A stretch of DNA of 64,000 nucleotides from Candidatus Woesearchaeota archaeon. Its GTDB lineage: Archaea; Nanobdellota; Nanobdellia; Woesearchaeales; JAZDKJ01. The DNA lies in NCBI GenBank assembly GCA_043803105.1, contig JAZDKJ010000006.1, positions 288,001-352,000 of the forward strand. Reading direction: 5' to 3'. Positions 50,915-61,349 of the stretch are shown here, one piece after another. The number at the start of each line of letters is the position of its first letter. Positions within the stretch are counted from its first letter, which is position 1. The position numbers were made by a program, and so were the translations under genes. Below the pieces are notes generated by a model that saw nothing but the letters and a program-made list of their open reading frames with translations, did no database searches and was not told where the DNA came from.

Positions 50915-51648
50915 GCGAAATAAAAGTACAGGAAAAGGAAGTAGTGACTCCGGGAGAAGTCCTTGCAGAAGGCATTGATTTCATCCCAAGTCAAGGAACA
51001 TACAGGCAGGGCGACAATCTCATGGCTTGCCGCCTAGGATTAGTCAGCATTGAGGGAAAGGTCTTGAAGATAATTCCCTTGAGCGGAAAATACCTGCCTA
51101 AGAGAAACGATGTGATCATAGGAAAGATCGTCGAGATACTCATAAGCGGCTGGCGCATGGAGACAAATTGTGCCTATCCAGCAATGCTCTCAATGAAAGA
51201 GGCAACCTCTGAGTATATTGCTCGAGGTGCTGATCTCTCAAAGTTTTTTGACATCGATGATTACATTGTCACTAAGATTGTGAATGTCACAAGCCAGAAG
51301 CTTGTTGACGTTACGATGCGTGGCCCTGGCTTGAGGAAACTCGTTGGCGGGCGCGTAATAATGGTAAACACCAACAAGGTGCCTAGAATCATCGGAAAGC
51401 AGGGCACTATGATAAGCATGGTCAAGCAGACAACAAACTGCAGGATTATCGTAGGACAGAACGGCCTTATCTGGGTCTCTGGTGATGATCCGAAAAATGA
51501 GCTTATTGCTGTGCAGGTGATTAAGAAGATTGAGGAAGAATCCCATTTGACTGGTCTTACTGAGCGGATAAAACATCTGCTTGAGGAAAAGACTGGGAAC
51601 AAGGTTACAGAAACTAAAGGTGATCAGAATCAGCTACAAGAAACGTGA
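50911..51648 (+). CDS. rrp4: Exosome RNA-binding protein Rrp4
   Basis: VTPGE, KVPRIIGKQG, GQNGLIW. Confidence 0.95.
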   Translation: MSEIKVQEKEVVTPGEVLAEGIDFIPSQGTYRQGDNLMACRLGLVSIEGKVLKIIPLSGKYLPKRNDVIIGKIVEILISGWRMETNCAYPAMLSMKEATSEYIARGADLSKFFDIDDYIVTKIVNVTSQKLVDVTMRGPGLRKLVGGRVIMVNTNKVPRIIGKQGTMISMVKQTTNCRIIVGQNGLIWVSGDDPKNELIAVQVIKKIEEESHLTGLTERIKHLLEEKTGNKVTETKGDQNQLQET

Positions 51649-52330
51649 TGATGGTAGAGAATTTGACGAAACCAGGCCAATTGAGGCAAAGGCAGGGGTT
51701 ATCCCGAGGGCTGACGGTTCTGCCTACTTCAAGATTGGTTCAACTGAGGCTTATGCAGCTGTCTATGGCCCAAGGAATCTTTATCCTAGGTTCCTTCAGG
51801 ACCCTTCAACAGGCATTCTGAGGTGTCATTACAACATGATGCCTTTCTCAGGCTCGGGTGAGCGGGTTCGGCCAGGAGGCAGCAGGAGGTCAAAGGAGAT
51901 TTCTTCAGTCACAGAAAAGGCGCTTTTGCCTGTCCTTGACTTGACAGAGTTCCCTAATGCTGTTGTTGACGTCTTCATTGAGTTCCCGCAGACAGATGCT
52001 GGCTCAAGGTGTGCTGGCATTTGTGCAGCATCCATTGCCCTTGCTGATGCAGGCCTCTCGATGAAGGATCTTGTGAGCGCAATCGCAGTGGGTAAGGTTG
52101 AGGACAAGATTGTTGTCGACTTAAACTATGCTGAGGAGTCTCACGAGGGTGATGTTGCTGATGTGCCTCTTGCAGTCGTGCCCAGCACTGGTGAGATAAC
52201 CCTGCTTCAGCTTGATGGTCTCATTGACAAGGATGATTTGATCAAGGCTGTCAAGATGGGGATGGAAACGTGCAAGAAGATCAATCAAAAACAGCGCTTG
52301 GCGCTTAAGGAGAAGTACAGGTTAAAATGA
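51620..52330 (+). CDS. rrp41: Exosome subunit Rrp41 (start uncertain)
   Basis: RDDGR, ADGSA, VYGP, SRRSKEIS, DAGSR. Confidence 0.93.
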   Translation: MIRISYKKRDDGREFDETRPIEAKAGVIPRADGSAYFKIGSTEAYAAVYGPRNLYPRFLQDPSTGILRCHYNMMPFSGSGERVRPGGSRRSKEISSVTEKALLPVLDLTEFPNAVVDVFIEFPQTDAGSRCAGICAASIALADAGLSMKDLVSAIAVGKVEDKIVVDLNYAEESHEGDVADVPLAVVPSTGEITLLQLDGLIDKDDLIKAVKMGMETCKKINQKQRLALKEKYRLK

Positions 52331-53109
52331 ACAAGGACATGAAACAACATATTGAAGAGACCCTTTTGAAGGGTATTCGATTCGACGGTAGGGCCCCAGA
52401 CCAATACCGCGATATTTCTGTTGAGCTGGGTGTAACAAAAAACGCAGAAGGCTCTGCCAGGGTCAGGATTGGTGAGACTGATGTGATTGTCGGAGTAAAG
52501 CTTTCAATCGAAAAGCCCTTCCCTGATACTCCCGAGGAAGGCACTATGGCTGTGAACGTTGAGCTTCTGCCTTTGTCAAATCCAAGCTTTGAATCTGGGC
52601 CTCCGGGTATCCAGGCGATAGAGCTTGCTAGGGTTGTTGACCGGGGTGTACGCGAATCCAAGACAATTGACACTAAGCAATTGTGTGTTGAGAAGGGAGT
52701 GAAGGCTTGGTCAATCCTTATTGACATCTGCCCGATCAATGACTCAGGAAATCTTTTTGATGCCTCAAGCCTTGGCACTATTGCTGCATTGTTTGACACA
52801 AGGTTTCCAAAGTTTGACGGTACCGAGATTGATTACAAGGAGCACACTGACAAGCCCCTTCCCATGAAGATAATGCCTCTGGCAGTGACTGTTTATAAGA
52901 TTGGCAAGAGTCTAGTGGTAGACCCCTCGACTGAAGAGGAGGAAGCTGCAGACTCTAGGATTACTGTTTGTGCTACTGATGAGGGTAAGATTTGTGCTTT
53001 GCAGAAGGGAGGCAACCAGCCTCTCAGTATTGATGAATTGTCCCAGATGGTTGACCTTGCGCTCTCAAAGGTTAAGGAGCTGCGAAAGAAGGCAGGGGTG
53101 AAAAAGTGA
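52327..53109 (+). CDS. rrp42: Exosome subunit Rrp42
   Basis: RFDGR, AEGSA, PFPDTP, ELARVVDRG. Confidence 0.95.
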   Translation: MNKDMKQHIEETLLKGIRFDGRAPDQYRDISVELGVTKNAEGSARVRIGETDVIVGVKLSIEKPFPDTPEEGTMAVNVELLPLSNPSFESGPPGIQAIELARVVDRGVRESKTIDTKQLCVEKGVKAWSILIDICPINDSGNLFDASSLGTIAALFDTRFPKFDGTEIDYKEHTDKPLPMKIMPLAVTVYKIGKSLVVDPSTEEEEAADSRITVCATDEGKICALQKGGNQPLSIDELSQMVDLALSKVKELRKKAGVKK

Positions 53110-53336
53110 CTGATGAAATAACTGACTATACAAAATATGAGATCGCAAGGATTTTGGGTTCAAGGGCTCTGCAGATCTCGATGGGAGCTCCGATCCTGAT
53201 TAAGCTTGAGGAGCAGGACCTTGAGAAAATAAGGTACAATCCGATTGAGATTGCAAAGCTTGAGTTCAGCAAGGGGGTCATTCCTATCACTGTAAGACGG
53301 CCTTTCCCGAAAGTAAAAGAGAATGTGCCTACTTAG
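53106..53336 (+). CDS. rpoK: RNA polymerase subunit K (Rpo6)
   Basis: YTKYEIARILGSRALQISMGAP. Confidence 0.95.
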   Translation: MTDEITDYTKYEIARILGSRALQISMGAPILIKLEEQDLEKIRYNPIEIAKLEFSKGVIPITVRRPFPKVKENVPT

Positions 53337-53457
53337 GGCAGATTCCCAAATTTATTGGTATTATCCCCTTGGCTATCAGGTACATCACAATCAAGCCTAC
53401 AAAGAACGCGATTACACCCATGAAAAACGGATGGTGTATAAACCCTTTTCTGTTCAT
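53329..53457 (-). CDS. 42-aa membrane peptide with class III (prepilin-like) signal
   Basis: MNRKG|FIHHPFFMGVIAFFVGLIVMYLI; AGGTGA RBS and TATA. Confidence 0.65.
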   Translation of the reverse strand: MNRKGFIHHPFFMGVIAFFVGLIVMYLIAKGIIPINLGICPK

Positions 53458-53572
53458 TTGTTATCACCTTTTTTTATTATAATGATTCTCCAAATATAGG
53501 ATTATTTAAACGTTTCTATTTGGCGGGTTCTTTGTCAAAAAGCTTTTTAAGAAACAAGGATTATCCGTTCAC

Positions 53573-53851
53573 ATGCTTGAAAAAAAACTGGAACCAGAAG
53601 ACAGTGCTCTTTTTAAAAAGGTCCAAGAAGCAAGTGACCTCATTTTGGGGCTGGCTCACCAGGGGTTTATAGATAATAGTAAGTTATGTAAAGTTTACGA
53701 ACTGTATCAGGACCTTAGAAAACATCGAACAGATTGTCCACACTACCCTGCAATTGAGGCAGCTGCTGATTCGCTTCATGGTCTTGCAGAGCATTTTTTG
53801 AAAAAAGACCTTAACCACCCTGACATTATTGCCTGCGAGGTTCTTAAATAA
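53573..53851 (+). CDS. Hypothetical protein
   Basis: 92-aa ORF, TATA upstream. Confidence 0.5.
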   Translation: MLEKKLEPEDSALFKKVQEASDLILGLAHQGFIDNSKLCKVYELYQDLRKHRTDCPHYPAIEAAADSLHGLAEHFLKKDLNHPDIIACEVLK

Positions 53852-53869
53852 TTATTCAGTACCAGGTAA

Positions 53870-54130
53870 TCACTTGAGCGCAATCACCTGGAATCCATGC
53901 TTGTCAACATCCTTTTTGGTCCAGTACCTCATTTGCTTTGTCTTAAGAACATAGCTGACTTTCTTCTTTACCGTCCTGCCTGTATACTTCTTTTTCTTTG
54001 GGTCCCACTCCCTGAACACCATGATGTCTCCAGGCTTGCATTTAAAGTCATTCAGCCTCAAGTCAAATGTCTTTCTCTTTTCCTTTATTGCCTGAAAAGA
54101 TTCAGGCCAGCTTTTCTTTTCTATTATCAT
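53870..54130 (-). CDS. DUF3850 / ASCH-PUA domain protein
   Basis: KSWPESF...KTFDLR.ND...GD...EW....YTGR. Confidence 0.85.
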   Translation of the reverse strand: MIIEKKSWPESFQAIKEKRKTFDLRLNDFKCKPGDIMVFREWDPKKKKYTGRTVKKKVSYVLKTKQMRYWTKKDVDKHGFQVIALK

Positions 54131-54894
54131 CCTATATAGCTCATGTCTTGCTTTTTCCCGCTTTTCTTGACAACATTTGATAGCTCTTCTGATCTCTTGA
54201 TTATGTCCTTTTCCACAGTCTCAATCTCTTTGTCAAGTTCCTCGAGCTTGAGTTTAAGCTTGAAGCGTGCCTTCAGTATCTTTAGTATTTCCCGTGCTCC
54301 CTTTACCCCGATGTACATCGGGTGCCCATAGGTTTCTGCAAGCATCGCAATACCTGAGATTTTTTTCTTGGGTGCCAGGCCTATGAGTAGTCCGGTTACT
54401 CCCATAATTGGACCAACCACGCCATAAAGATTGTTGTCCATTCCTGTGCCGTATTTCTTTATCACGTCCCTGCTGGTCGCTGTGCAATATACCTTTGGCT
54501 TCTTCGGGATATCTCCTAATCCGATACCTCCCAGGGTTATCAATTCTTTTCCGCCGAGCTCCTTGAAAAGGTCAAGTATCATTTCGCAGAACTCGTAGCA
54601 GCTCTCTTCGTCTATTGGCTGTATGTCTCCCACAAGGAACAGTAGGTCCTGGCTGTTGTGCTTCTTGTAATGCAATTCTATGCTTGGCAATTCTACCAGG
54701 TTCTTCTCATTTACAAAAACAGAGTGCGGAAATCTGTGTGAGCTGAATGAAAAAAGCCTTGTGGTTCCTAGCTTGTCCACAATAAAATCAACAGCCACCT
54801 TGCCAACATTTGCAATCCCTGGAAGGCCCTCAATCAGTATAGGATTCTTTAGCTTTGGTGTTTTTGTGATATTTTTGACTTTCCATAGTGCCAT
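54127..54894 (-). CDS. PAC2 family proteasome assembly chaperone
   Basis: IEGLPGIANVGK, GDIQP, ITLGG, C-terminal SYIG. Confidence 0.92.
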   Translation of the reverse strand: MALWKVKNITKTPKLKNPILIEGLPGIANVGKVAVDFIVDKLGTTRLFSFSSHRFPHSVFVNEKNLVELPSIELHYKKHNSQDLLFLVGDIQPIDEESCYEFCEMILDLFKELGGKELITLGGIGLGDIPKKPKVYCTATSRDVIKKYGTGMDNNLYGVVGPIMGVTGLLIGLAPKKKISGIAMLAETYGHPMYIGVKGAREILKILKARFKLKLKLEELDKEIETVEKDIIKRSEELSNVVKKSGKKQDMSYIG

Positions 54895-55010
54895 GTTTAC
54901 TTGTTTTGGACAGCCCTATAAAAATATTTCTAAGAATGAAACTTGCGTAAAACCTTAACTTTGGATCTAACTCCAATAAGTATTTAAACGTGCTCAGGGA
55001 ACTTGCCAAT

Positions 55011-57044
55011 ATGGAATCTAGGCAGGTGATGGCTGCTGTTGTCCTTGGGTTCTCTTCGCTTGTGGCCCAGCTGCTTCTGACCAGAGAATTCATTTCAGTG
55101 TTTTCAGGAAATGAGCTGGTCATAGGCGTCCTTTTTGCCAACTGGCTTCTCTTGACTGGCTTAGGCGCATTGCTTGGCAACTACTTTCACTTAAGAAAGG
55201 AGTCTGTTCTTGCTTTCTTGTTATTGGTGTTTGGGTTTCTGCCCTTCCTCCTGCTATTGGCATTAAGGCGGATTTCTACAGGTTATGGTGTTATGGTTAG
55301 CCTGCAGCATGTTTGGCTTTTCTCTTTTGTTATTCTGCTCCCTTTCTGTCTCTTGAGCGGCTTTATCTTCACCTTTCTTGCAGGCCTGCTCAAACGGGCT
55401 GGCAAAGTATATTCACTAGAAAGCCTCGGCTCTGTGTTCGGTGGCGTCTTGTTCGGTTTCTTCTTGATTTTTTATGCTTCACCCTTCCAGACTGCGCTCT
55501 TGATACTTGTGCTCAACCTCATTGTTGTGCTCTGGCATTCAAAACGCCCGGTTTTGTGGGTTTCGGTTCTTATCATTCCTGTCCTTGCAGGCCTGCTTGT
55601 TGATTTTGATCTCTTGAGCCTGTCCTGGCAGTTTCCTGGAGAACAAATCCTTTCCCATGAGAACTCGCTTTACGGTCAGGTCGTCCTGACCAATAGTTCT
55701 GGCCAGCTTAATCTTTACTTTGACAGGATTCCGATCCAAAGCTCGAACAGCACGATAGTTAGCGAGGAGTCTGTGCATTATGCCCTTTCTCAGGTTGCTA
55801 ATCCTCAAAAAGTTCTCGTTGTCTCTGGTGGCATGGGTGTTGTCCTTGAGGCGTTGAAATATCCCAATTCTTCCATAACCTATCTTGAGCTCGATCCTTC
55901 AATAATACGGTTGGCCTTTCCTGGTTTTGCAGATGAAAGGGTCAGCCTGATTGCCGCTGACGCAAGGTCATTTATTTCTGGCTCTGAGCAACGCTTTGAT
56001 GCCATCCTGATTAGCCTGCCAGACCCACTCAACGGGGAGATAAACCGCTATTATACCAGGGAGTTTTTCACAATTGCAAAGAAGCACTTAGCTCCGCAAG
56101 GGGTGCTTTCTTTGAGCCTTACTGGCTCAGCAGATTATATGAGCGAACAGACAAGACAACTTGCCTCTTCCGTACAGAAGACGCTGCACTCTGCCTTTAA
56201 CAACATTCTTGTTTTTCCTGGTGAAAGGCTATTTTTTGTTGCTTCTGATTCGAACATTTCATACGCCAGAGCCTATTCTCTCTCAAGCAGGGGAATACAG
56301 GCCAACTATGTTAACCAGCATTACCTCGACGCCAATCTTGCAGAGGACCGCTTGGCTTATGTGCAGTCTGCTGTCAATGAAAGCGCCTCTGTCAACACTG
56401 ACTTTAGGCCTGTATCATACTATTATGCCTTGCAGTCATGGATGAACCAATTTCCCATCAACCTGCCGCTTGTGCTTTTCATTCTCCTGTGCGCCTTGAT
56501 TGCATACTGTCTCTTTCTTGAGCCGCTGCAGTTTTCGATTTTTACCACAGGCCTGTCTTCCTCTGCACTCCAGCTTGTGTTACTCTTGTCCTTCCAGTCT
56601 TTATACGGCTATGCCTACTTTGAGATTGTTGTGCTTTCAACCAGTTTTATTCTCGGGCTTGCCTTTGGTTCTTTCTTGACTTCAAGGCTTGTGCTTCACT
56701 TCTCGAGAAGGCAGATATTGCTTACTGAACTGGTGATCATAGTTCTAGTCTTGCTGCTTCCCTTAACCCTGATGTTCTTGCGACTCCCAACACTTGATCT
56801 CATTATTTTTCCAACATTCTCCTTTGCCTTGGCTGTCTGTTGCGGCTCACAGTTTGTCATTGCTTCAAGGGAAGATTCTGCAATGCGCTCTGCAAGCAAA
56901 CTCTACAGCTCAGACCTTATAGGTGCAGCGTTCGGCGCAATTGCTGCCAGTGTTCTCTTAGTCCCATTGATAGGCCTTCTTTACACCTGTCTTGTACTTG
57001 CTTTGCTTAAGCTGTCAAGCTACCTTTTGATGAGGGCTTCTTAA
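55011..57044 (+). CDS. Membrane-fused spermidine synthase-like / SAM-binding protein
   Basis: TM bundle + SLYG, EESVHY, ELDP, DAR, RYYTREFF + TM bundle (YSSDLIG). Confidence 0.85.
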   Translation: MESRQVMAAVVLGFSSLVAQLLLTREFISVFSGNELVIGVLFANWLLLTGLGALLGNYFHLRKESVLAFLLLVFGFLPFLLLLALRRISTGYGVMVSLQHVWLFSFVILLPFCLLSGFIFTFLAGLLKRAGKVYSLESLGSVFGGVLFGFFLIFYASPFQTALLILVLNLIVVLWHSKRPVLWVSVLIIPVLAGLLVDFDLLSLSWQFPGEQILSHENSLYGQVVLTNSSGQLNLYFDRIPIQSSNSTIVSEESVHYALSQVANPQKVLVVSGGMGVVLEALKYPNSSITYLELDPSIIRLAFPGFADERVSLIAADARSFISGSEQRFDAILISLPDPLNGEINRYYTREFFTIAKKHLAPQGVLSLSLTGSADYMSEQTRQLASSVQKTLHSAFNNILVFPGERLFFVASDSNISYARAYSLSSRGIQANYVNQHYLDANLAEDRLAYVQSAVNESASVNTDFRPVSYYYALQSWMNQFPINLPLVLFILLCALIAYCLFLEPLQFSIFTTGLSSSALQLVLLLSFQSLYGYAYFEIVVLSTSFILGLAFGSFLTSRLVLHFSRRQILLTELVIIVLVLLLPLTLMFLRLPTLDLIIFPTFSFALAVCCGSQFVIASREDSAMRSASKLYSSDLIGAAFGAIAASVLLVPLIGLLYTCLVLALLKLSSYLLMRAS

Positions 57045-57081
57045 CGCAAGTTTTTTATCTTGTATATGAACAATATGCGGT

Positions 57082-57777
57082 ATGTCTTATGAAGTGTTGT
57101 GTAATACTGGCGACTTTGTCCGGCTGAAGAACAAGATGGATGGAGACCTCACCCCTGAAGGGTTGAGGATTGCGTCTTCAGAGGTGTACATCATCAACAG
57201 ACATATCATGATTGATTCCGGTTCCAGAATGTATGCTGTGGTTCTCCTGGACACCCTAAACGCGCTAAGAATTTGGATTACGCACATCATCCCGACACAC
57301 TTGCATGCAGATCATCTTGGCTGGCCTGCCTATTTTCCTGAAGCAACAACCTGTATTAAGGGTGAATACATGGATATGCTAGAGAAAAACCCACTCGCAG
57401 TTCTTGATTACACTACAGGAAAAAACAAGATGACTGTTTCCGAAGATGCGTTAAAGCTCGCCAGCAATTTGCAGAAGTTCAGGAAGAAGCCTCTCGAAGA
57501 ATGCGTTTTGTGCGAAGAGGTTGATCCTGATAATTTTGGTTCTGTTATAGACGATAGGTTGCGTTACACTGTTGTCACTGGTCACGCCAGGTTTGATCTA
57601 GTGTTTTCCTACCGCAACTATATCATTCTGGGAGATTGTCTTGACATTTTTCTTCCTGAAAAACAGGCTTCGCTTCCAAGCGGCAAAGCCCTGTATAAGA
57701 AATTGAGGCGCAGGCAAAATAACCTGCAATTCTTCAGGGGTCATGAACCTTGGAGCAAGATTAGAAGCAAACTTTAA
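57082..57777 (+). CDS. Metallo-beta-lactamase fold hydrolase
   Basis: IDSG, THLHADH, GH, GD, GH. Confidence 0.8.
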   Translation: MSYEVLCNTGDFVRLKNKMDGDLTPEGLRIASSEVYIINRHIMIDSGSRMYAVVLLDTLNALRIWITHIIPTHLHADHLGWPAYFPEATTCIKGEYMDMLEKNPLAVLDYTTGKNKMTVSEDALKLASNLQKFRKKPLEECVLCEEVDPDNFGSVIDDRLRYTVVTGHARFDLVFSYRNYIILGDCLDIFLPEKQASLPSGKALYKKLRRRQNNLQFFRGHEPWSKIRSKL

Positions 57778-57803
57778 ATAAAATGATTTTTTCTGTTGAT
57801 AGT

Positions 57804-58982
57804 ATGAAAAAATCTTCCTTCTGGACAAAACCAATATCAAGGAAGGAATTTATCAAGAAAGGCGTGCTTGCTGCAGCAGGCCTAGGCATTAGCGGATATC
57901 TTCTTAAGGAGTATCTTGACAGCAGCCAATCTCTAGGCCTTGGTGACGCACCCGCTCCTAAATTGTGGAAATGGTCCAAAGAAGCATATCACTATGAACA
58001 GCTTGGTTTGAATGTGCAATGCCATGTTTGCCCTAACCAGTGCATGCTGGAAGAAAACGCACGAAGCATTTGCCGTAACAAGACAAACATCAAAGGCAAG
58101 ATGTACACTCTTGCCTACGGCAATCCTTGTGCTGTGCATCTTGACCCTATAGAGAAAAAGCCCTTGTTCCATTTTCTTCCAGGCTCTAAGGCTTTCTCCA
58201 TTGCGACTGCAGGCTGCAATTTCCGTTGCTTAAACTGCCAGAATTGGGAGATAAGCCAACAGTACCCTGAAAATACCTCAAACGAGGAGCTCTTTCCAGA
58301 TTCTGTAGTGCAAAACGCAAAGTCAACGGGTTCTCGCTCCATCGCCTACACATATTCTGAACCTATCGCCTATTATGAGTATATGTATGATACAGCCAAG
58401 CTTGCGAGGCAATCAGGCATTAAGAATTTATGGATAACCAACGGGCACATCAGGGAAGATGCTCTAAAGGACCTTGCCCAGTTTATCGACGCTGCAAACG
58501 TTAACCTCAAGAGCTTTAAGGAAAGCATTTATGGCACTCTCAACTCCGGAAGGCTTCAGCCTGTGCTTGATACCCTAAAGACCTTAAAATCAATGGGTGT
58601 CTGGTTTGAGGTGACAAACCTTGTTGTTCCCGGGTGGACAGACGACCTCGATATGATTAAGGAGATGTCTCAGTGGCTCTACAAAAACCTTGGACCTGAT
58701 TACCCACTGCATTTCTCTAGGTTTTATCCCTTGTACAAATTGGCAAACCTTGCCCAGACTCCACTCTCAACCCTGGAGAAGGCAAAAAAGATTGCTGTTG
58801 GCGAAGGATTGCACTTTGTCTATATCGGCAACACGCCTGAAATAGATGGAGAGAATACCTTGTGCTTCAAGTGCGGCAAGCTGCTTGTTGAGCGCAAGGG
58901 TTTTTCAGTGCTTCAGAATAACATAAAGGATAGTTCATGCAAGTTCTGTGGTCAGGGCATTGCCGGTGTATGGCAGGCTTAA
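57804..58982 (+). CDS. amrS: AmmeMemoRadiSam radical SAM enzyme with Tat-like signal
   Basis: SRKEFIK + hydrophobic stretch; DPIEKKPLFHF, CNFRCLNC, TYSEP, HFSRF. Confidence 0.92.
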   Translation: MKKSSFWTKPISRKEFIKKGVLAAAGLGISGYLLKEYLDSSQSLGLGDAPAPKLWKWSKEAYHYEQLGLNVQCHVCPNQCMLEENARSICRNKTNIKGKMYTLAYGNPCAVHLDPIEKKPLFHFLPGSKAFSIATAGCNFRCLNCQNWEISQQYPENTSNEELFPDSVVQNAKSTGSRSIAYTYSEPIAYYEYMYDTAKLARQSGIKNLWITNGHIREDALKDLAQFIDAANVNLKSFKESIYGTLNSGRLQPVLDTLKTLKSMGVWFEVTNLVVPGWTDDLDMIKEMSQWLYKNLGPDYPLHFSRFYPLYKLANLAQTPLSTLEKAKKIAVGEGLHFVYIGNTPEIDGENTLCFKCGKLLVERKGFSVLQNNIKDSSCKFCGQGIAGVWQA

Positions 58983-59542
58983 TGGTATCTTGTCTCAAAG
59001 GGCAATTCTGATTTTGTTTTCTGCCTTATCTCAAATTCTGTTAAGAACGGATACATTATGTGGAGTACCTCGTGTTTCTTTACCTCTTCAAAGTCCAGCC
59101 CGAAAAGGTGGTCTGCAATCTTAATTACTCCTGCGCCAGGATACGCTACCCCTAAGACTCCATGACCAAGCTGAGCCTGAGACACTTTCATTATTGTTAT
59201 GCCTGCAGGTGTGTATACAAAGAAATATTCTTGTGGCTTTTGGATGGCAGAAATGTTGTAATAGTACTGCGGCATCCTTGGTAGCACTTTCTTGTAGTCT
59301 GGCTGCCTTCTCTGCTTCTGAGCGCTTTCCATGCTATCGATTATCTCTTGTCCTGTTACCGCTCTTCCCCCAATCATGCTTTTTGGCTTTTGCAAGCTTT
59401 CTATGCTATTGATTATCTCTTTTTTTATTTTTTCTGGGTCCTCTTCGCGCTCACCAAACATGCTGTTTGTGAATTGTTGTTGAATATATTCAAATAATAG
59501 CTCGTCCACTTTAGGTCCAGAGGTTGAGTTGACAAATTCCAT
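58979..59542 (-). CDS. Hypothetical protein with HExxH motif
   Basis: HEVLH...E zincin-like. Confidence 0.55.
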   Translation of the reverse strand: MEFVNSTSGPKVDELLFEYIQQQFTNSMFGEREEDPEKIKKEIINSIESLQKPKSMIGGRAVTGQEIIDSMESAQKQRRQPDYKKVLPRMPQYYYNISAIQKPQEYFFVYTPAGITIMKVSQAQLGHGVLGVAYPGAGVIKIADHLFGLDFEEVKKHEVLHIMYPFLTEFEIRQKTKSELPFETRYH

Positions 59543-59595
59543 TGTTGTTTAAAAAATGAAAAAGTATAAATACCTTCTGAATAGGTTAATTCCAG

Positions 59596-61011
59596 ATGAA
59601 AAAGAGGCATATTGTCTGGATCGTTCTTGTGATATTGATTATTTTTATTGGGCTTGCAAGGACTTCTCTGCACTCGCCTTCATTAACAATAGCAACGACT
59701 CGTTTGCCTGCTGTTGCAGGCTCATGGTATCCTGGGGACAGAAATACCTTGAATAAGACAGTGTCAGATTATCTCTCAAAGGCTGATAATCTGGGTCTGG
59801 GCACAGTCAAGGCGATTATTGTCCCTCATGCTGGTTATGAGTATTCAGGCCAGGTTGCAGCCTTTGCGTTCAAGCAGCTCGCCAATGATTATGATAACGT
59901 CATTGTTCTCGGCACCAGCCATCATTTTCCTCTTGTTGGCGCTTCAACAGTGAATTACACATATTACAACACTCCTCTCGGCAACCTCAAGGTCAATCAG
60001 ATTCCTGGCATACCTGTCAGGAATGATGTTGACAAGCCAGAGCATTCCATAGAGATGGAGCTTCCTTTCCTTCAAACTATCTTAGGCTCTTTTGAGCTCG
60101 CTCCAGTTATTGTCGGCCGAGTCCAACCTGTAGATTTTGTTAAGACTCTTGAAGCTAATATTGATGAGAGAGCTCTATTAGTTGTTAGTGTTGATATGTC
60201 ACATTATCATCCATATGAAGAAGCCCTCAAGCTTGATAACTCGACCATCAATAATATCCTTTCATTGAATGCAAATGATATTTTCAGCAATGAGATTGAT
60301 TCTCCCTGGGCAGTCTCCACTCTCTTATTGCTTGCAAAAGAAAATGGATGGACTCCTCATTTGGCTAAATATGCAAACAGCGGTGATGTGACAGGAGATA
60401 GAAGCAGCGTCGTCGGCTATTCTGCGATTGTGTTCACTGAACAAACTGGTTTCACAGAACAAGAGCACGCTTTCCTATTGGATTTGGCAAGGAAAACTCT
60501 TCAATCCAAGCTTGCAGGCGGGACCTTACAGACAGTTGATGAGTCAAAGCTTTCTCCTGCTTTGCTTAAAGAACAGGGGTGTTTTGTAACGCTGAATGAG
60601 AAAGGCCGTTTGCGCGGCTGCATTGGTCATATATTGCCGCAGGAAGCCCTGTACAAATGTGTCATGGACAACGCGTTGAACGCTGCCTTACATGATTCAA
60701 GGTTTAATCCTGTTGCAGAGGACGAACTAAAGGATATCCAGATAGAGATTTCTGTTCTTTCAATTCCGCAACAGCTTGACTTCTCAGGGCCTGAAGACTT
60801 GAAGAGCAGATTAGTTCCCTTGCGTGACGGTGTTGTCCTGGAATCAGGCTGGCAAGGTGCGACTTATCTACCGCAGGTCTGGGAAGACCTGCCTGATAAG
60901 GAAGAATTCCTGTCCTCCCTTTGCGAGAAGGGTGGCGCTGTTGCAGATTGCTGGAAGGATGACAGCACAAAGGTCTACACCTACCAAGCAGAGGTGTTTT
61001 CTGAAAAGTAG
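59596..61011 (+). CDS. amrB: AmrB (MEMO1) - AmrA (AMMECR1) fusion with N-terminal membrane anchor/signal
   Basis: PAVAGSWYP, PHAGY, EHSIE, DMSHY; FVTL..LRGCIG, ATYLPQVW. Confidence 0.92.
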   Translation: MKKRHIVWIVLVILIIFIGLARTSLHSPSLTIATTRLPAVAGSWYPGDRNTLNKTVSDYLSKADNLGLGTVKAIIVPHAGYEYSGQVAAFAFKQLANDYDNVIVLGTSHHFPLVGASTVNYTYYNTPLGNLKVNQIPGIPVRNDVDKPEHSIEMELPFLQTILGSFELAPVIVGRVQPVDFVKTLEANIDERALLVVSVDMSHYHPYEEALKLDNSTINNILSLNANDIFSNEIDSPWAVSTLLLLAKENGWTPHLAKYANSGDVTGDRSSVVGYSAIVFTEQTGFTEQEHAFLLDLARKTLQSKLAGGTLQTVDESKLSPALLKEQGCFVTLNEKGRLRGCIGHILPQEALYKCVMDNALNAALHDSRFNPVAEDELKDIQIEISVLSIPQQLDFSGPEDLKSRLVPLRDGVVLESGWQGATYLPQVWEDLPDKEEFLSSLCEKGGAVADCWKDDSTKVYTYQAEVFSEK

Positions 61012-61016
61012 CCTGG

Positions 61017-61310
61017 TCAACTTCGCGCCACTTCAGCTAGCGAAGGATCTAATCTGCGTAAGGTTTGGTAAAAAACAGAGGCTTCCACTACCATTCTCTC
61101 CAGACGGGAGGTTCTGTTATTCCTGCCTTCTTTCTCAAAGATCTGCGTAATCTCGTCATATTCCCAGGGATTGATTGTCATTCCTCTTCTCTCTGCTCTT
61201 TCCTTCATACGCTCTATGTAGAAGTTCATCAAACCTTCAAATCCACGTTCGGCAAAATAGCGTGCATGCTTCAAATCCCGCCAATCCTTAAAATAGGTTG
61301 TGTCTGTCAT
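61017..61310 (-). CDS. Hypothetical protein
   Basis: 97-aa ORF, TATA upstream. Confidence 0.5.
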   Translation of the reverse strand: MTDTTYFKDWRDLKHARYFAERGFEGLMNFYIERMKERAERRGMTINPWEYDEITQIFEKEGRNNRTSRLERMVVEASVFYQTLRRLDPSLAEVARS

Positions 61311-61349
61311 ACTACAGGTTTTTCTTCAAAGATTTATAAAGATTTTGCC

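Noticed and set aside
51581-51631. Possible ATC start of rrp41 after AGGTGA
   Set aside because: In-frame GTG at 51620 is available; cannot be decided from sequence
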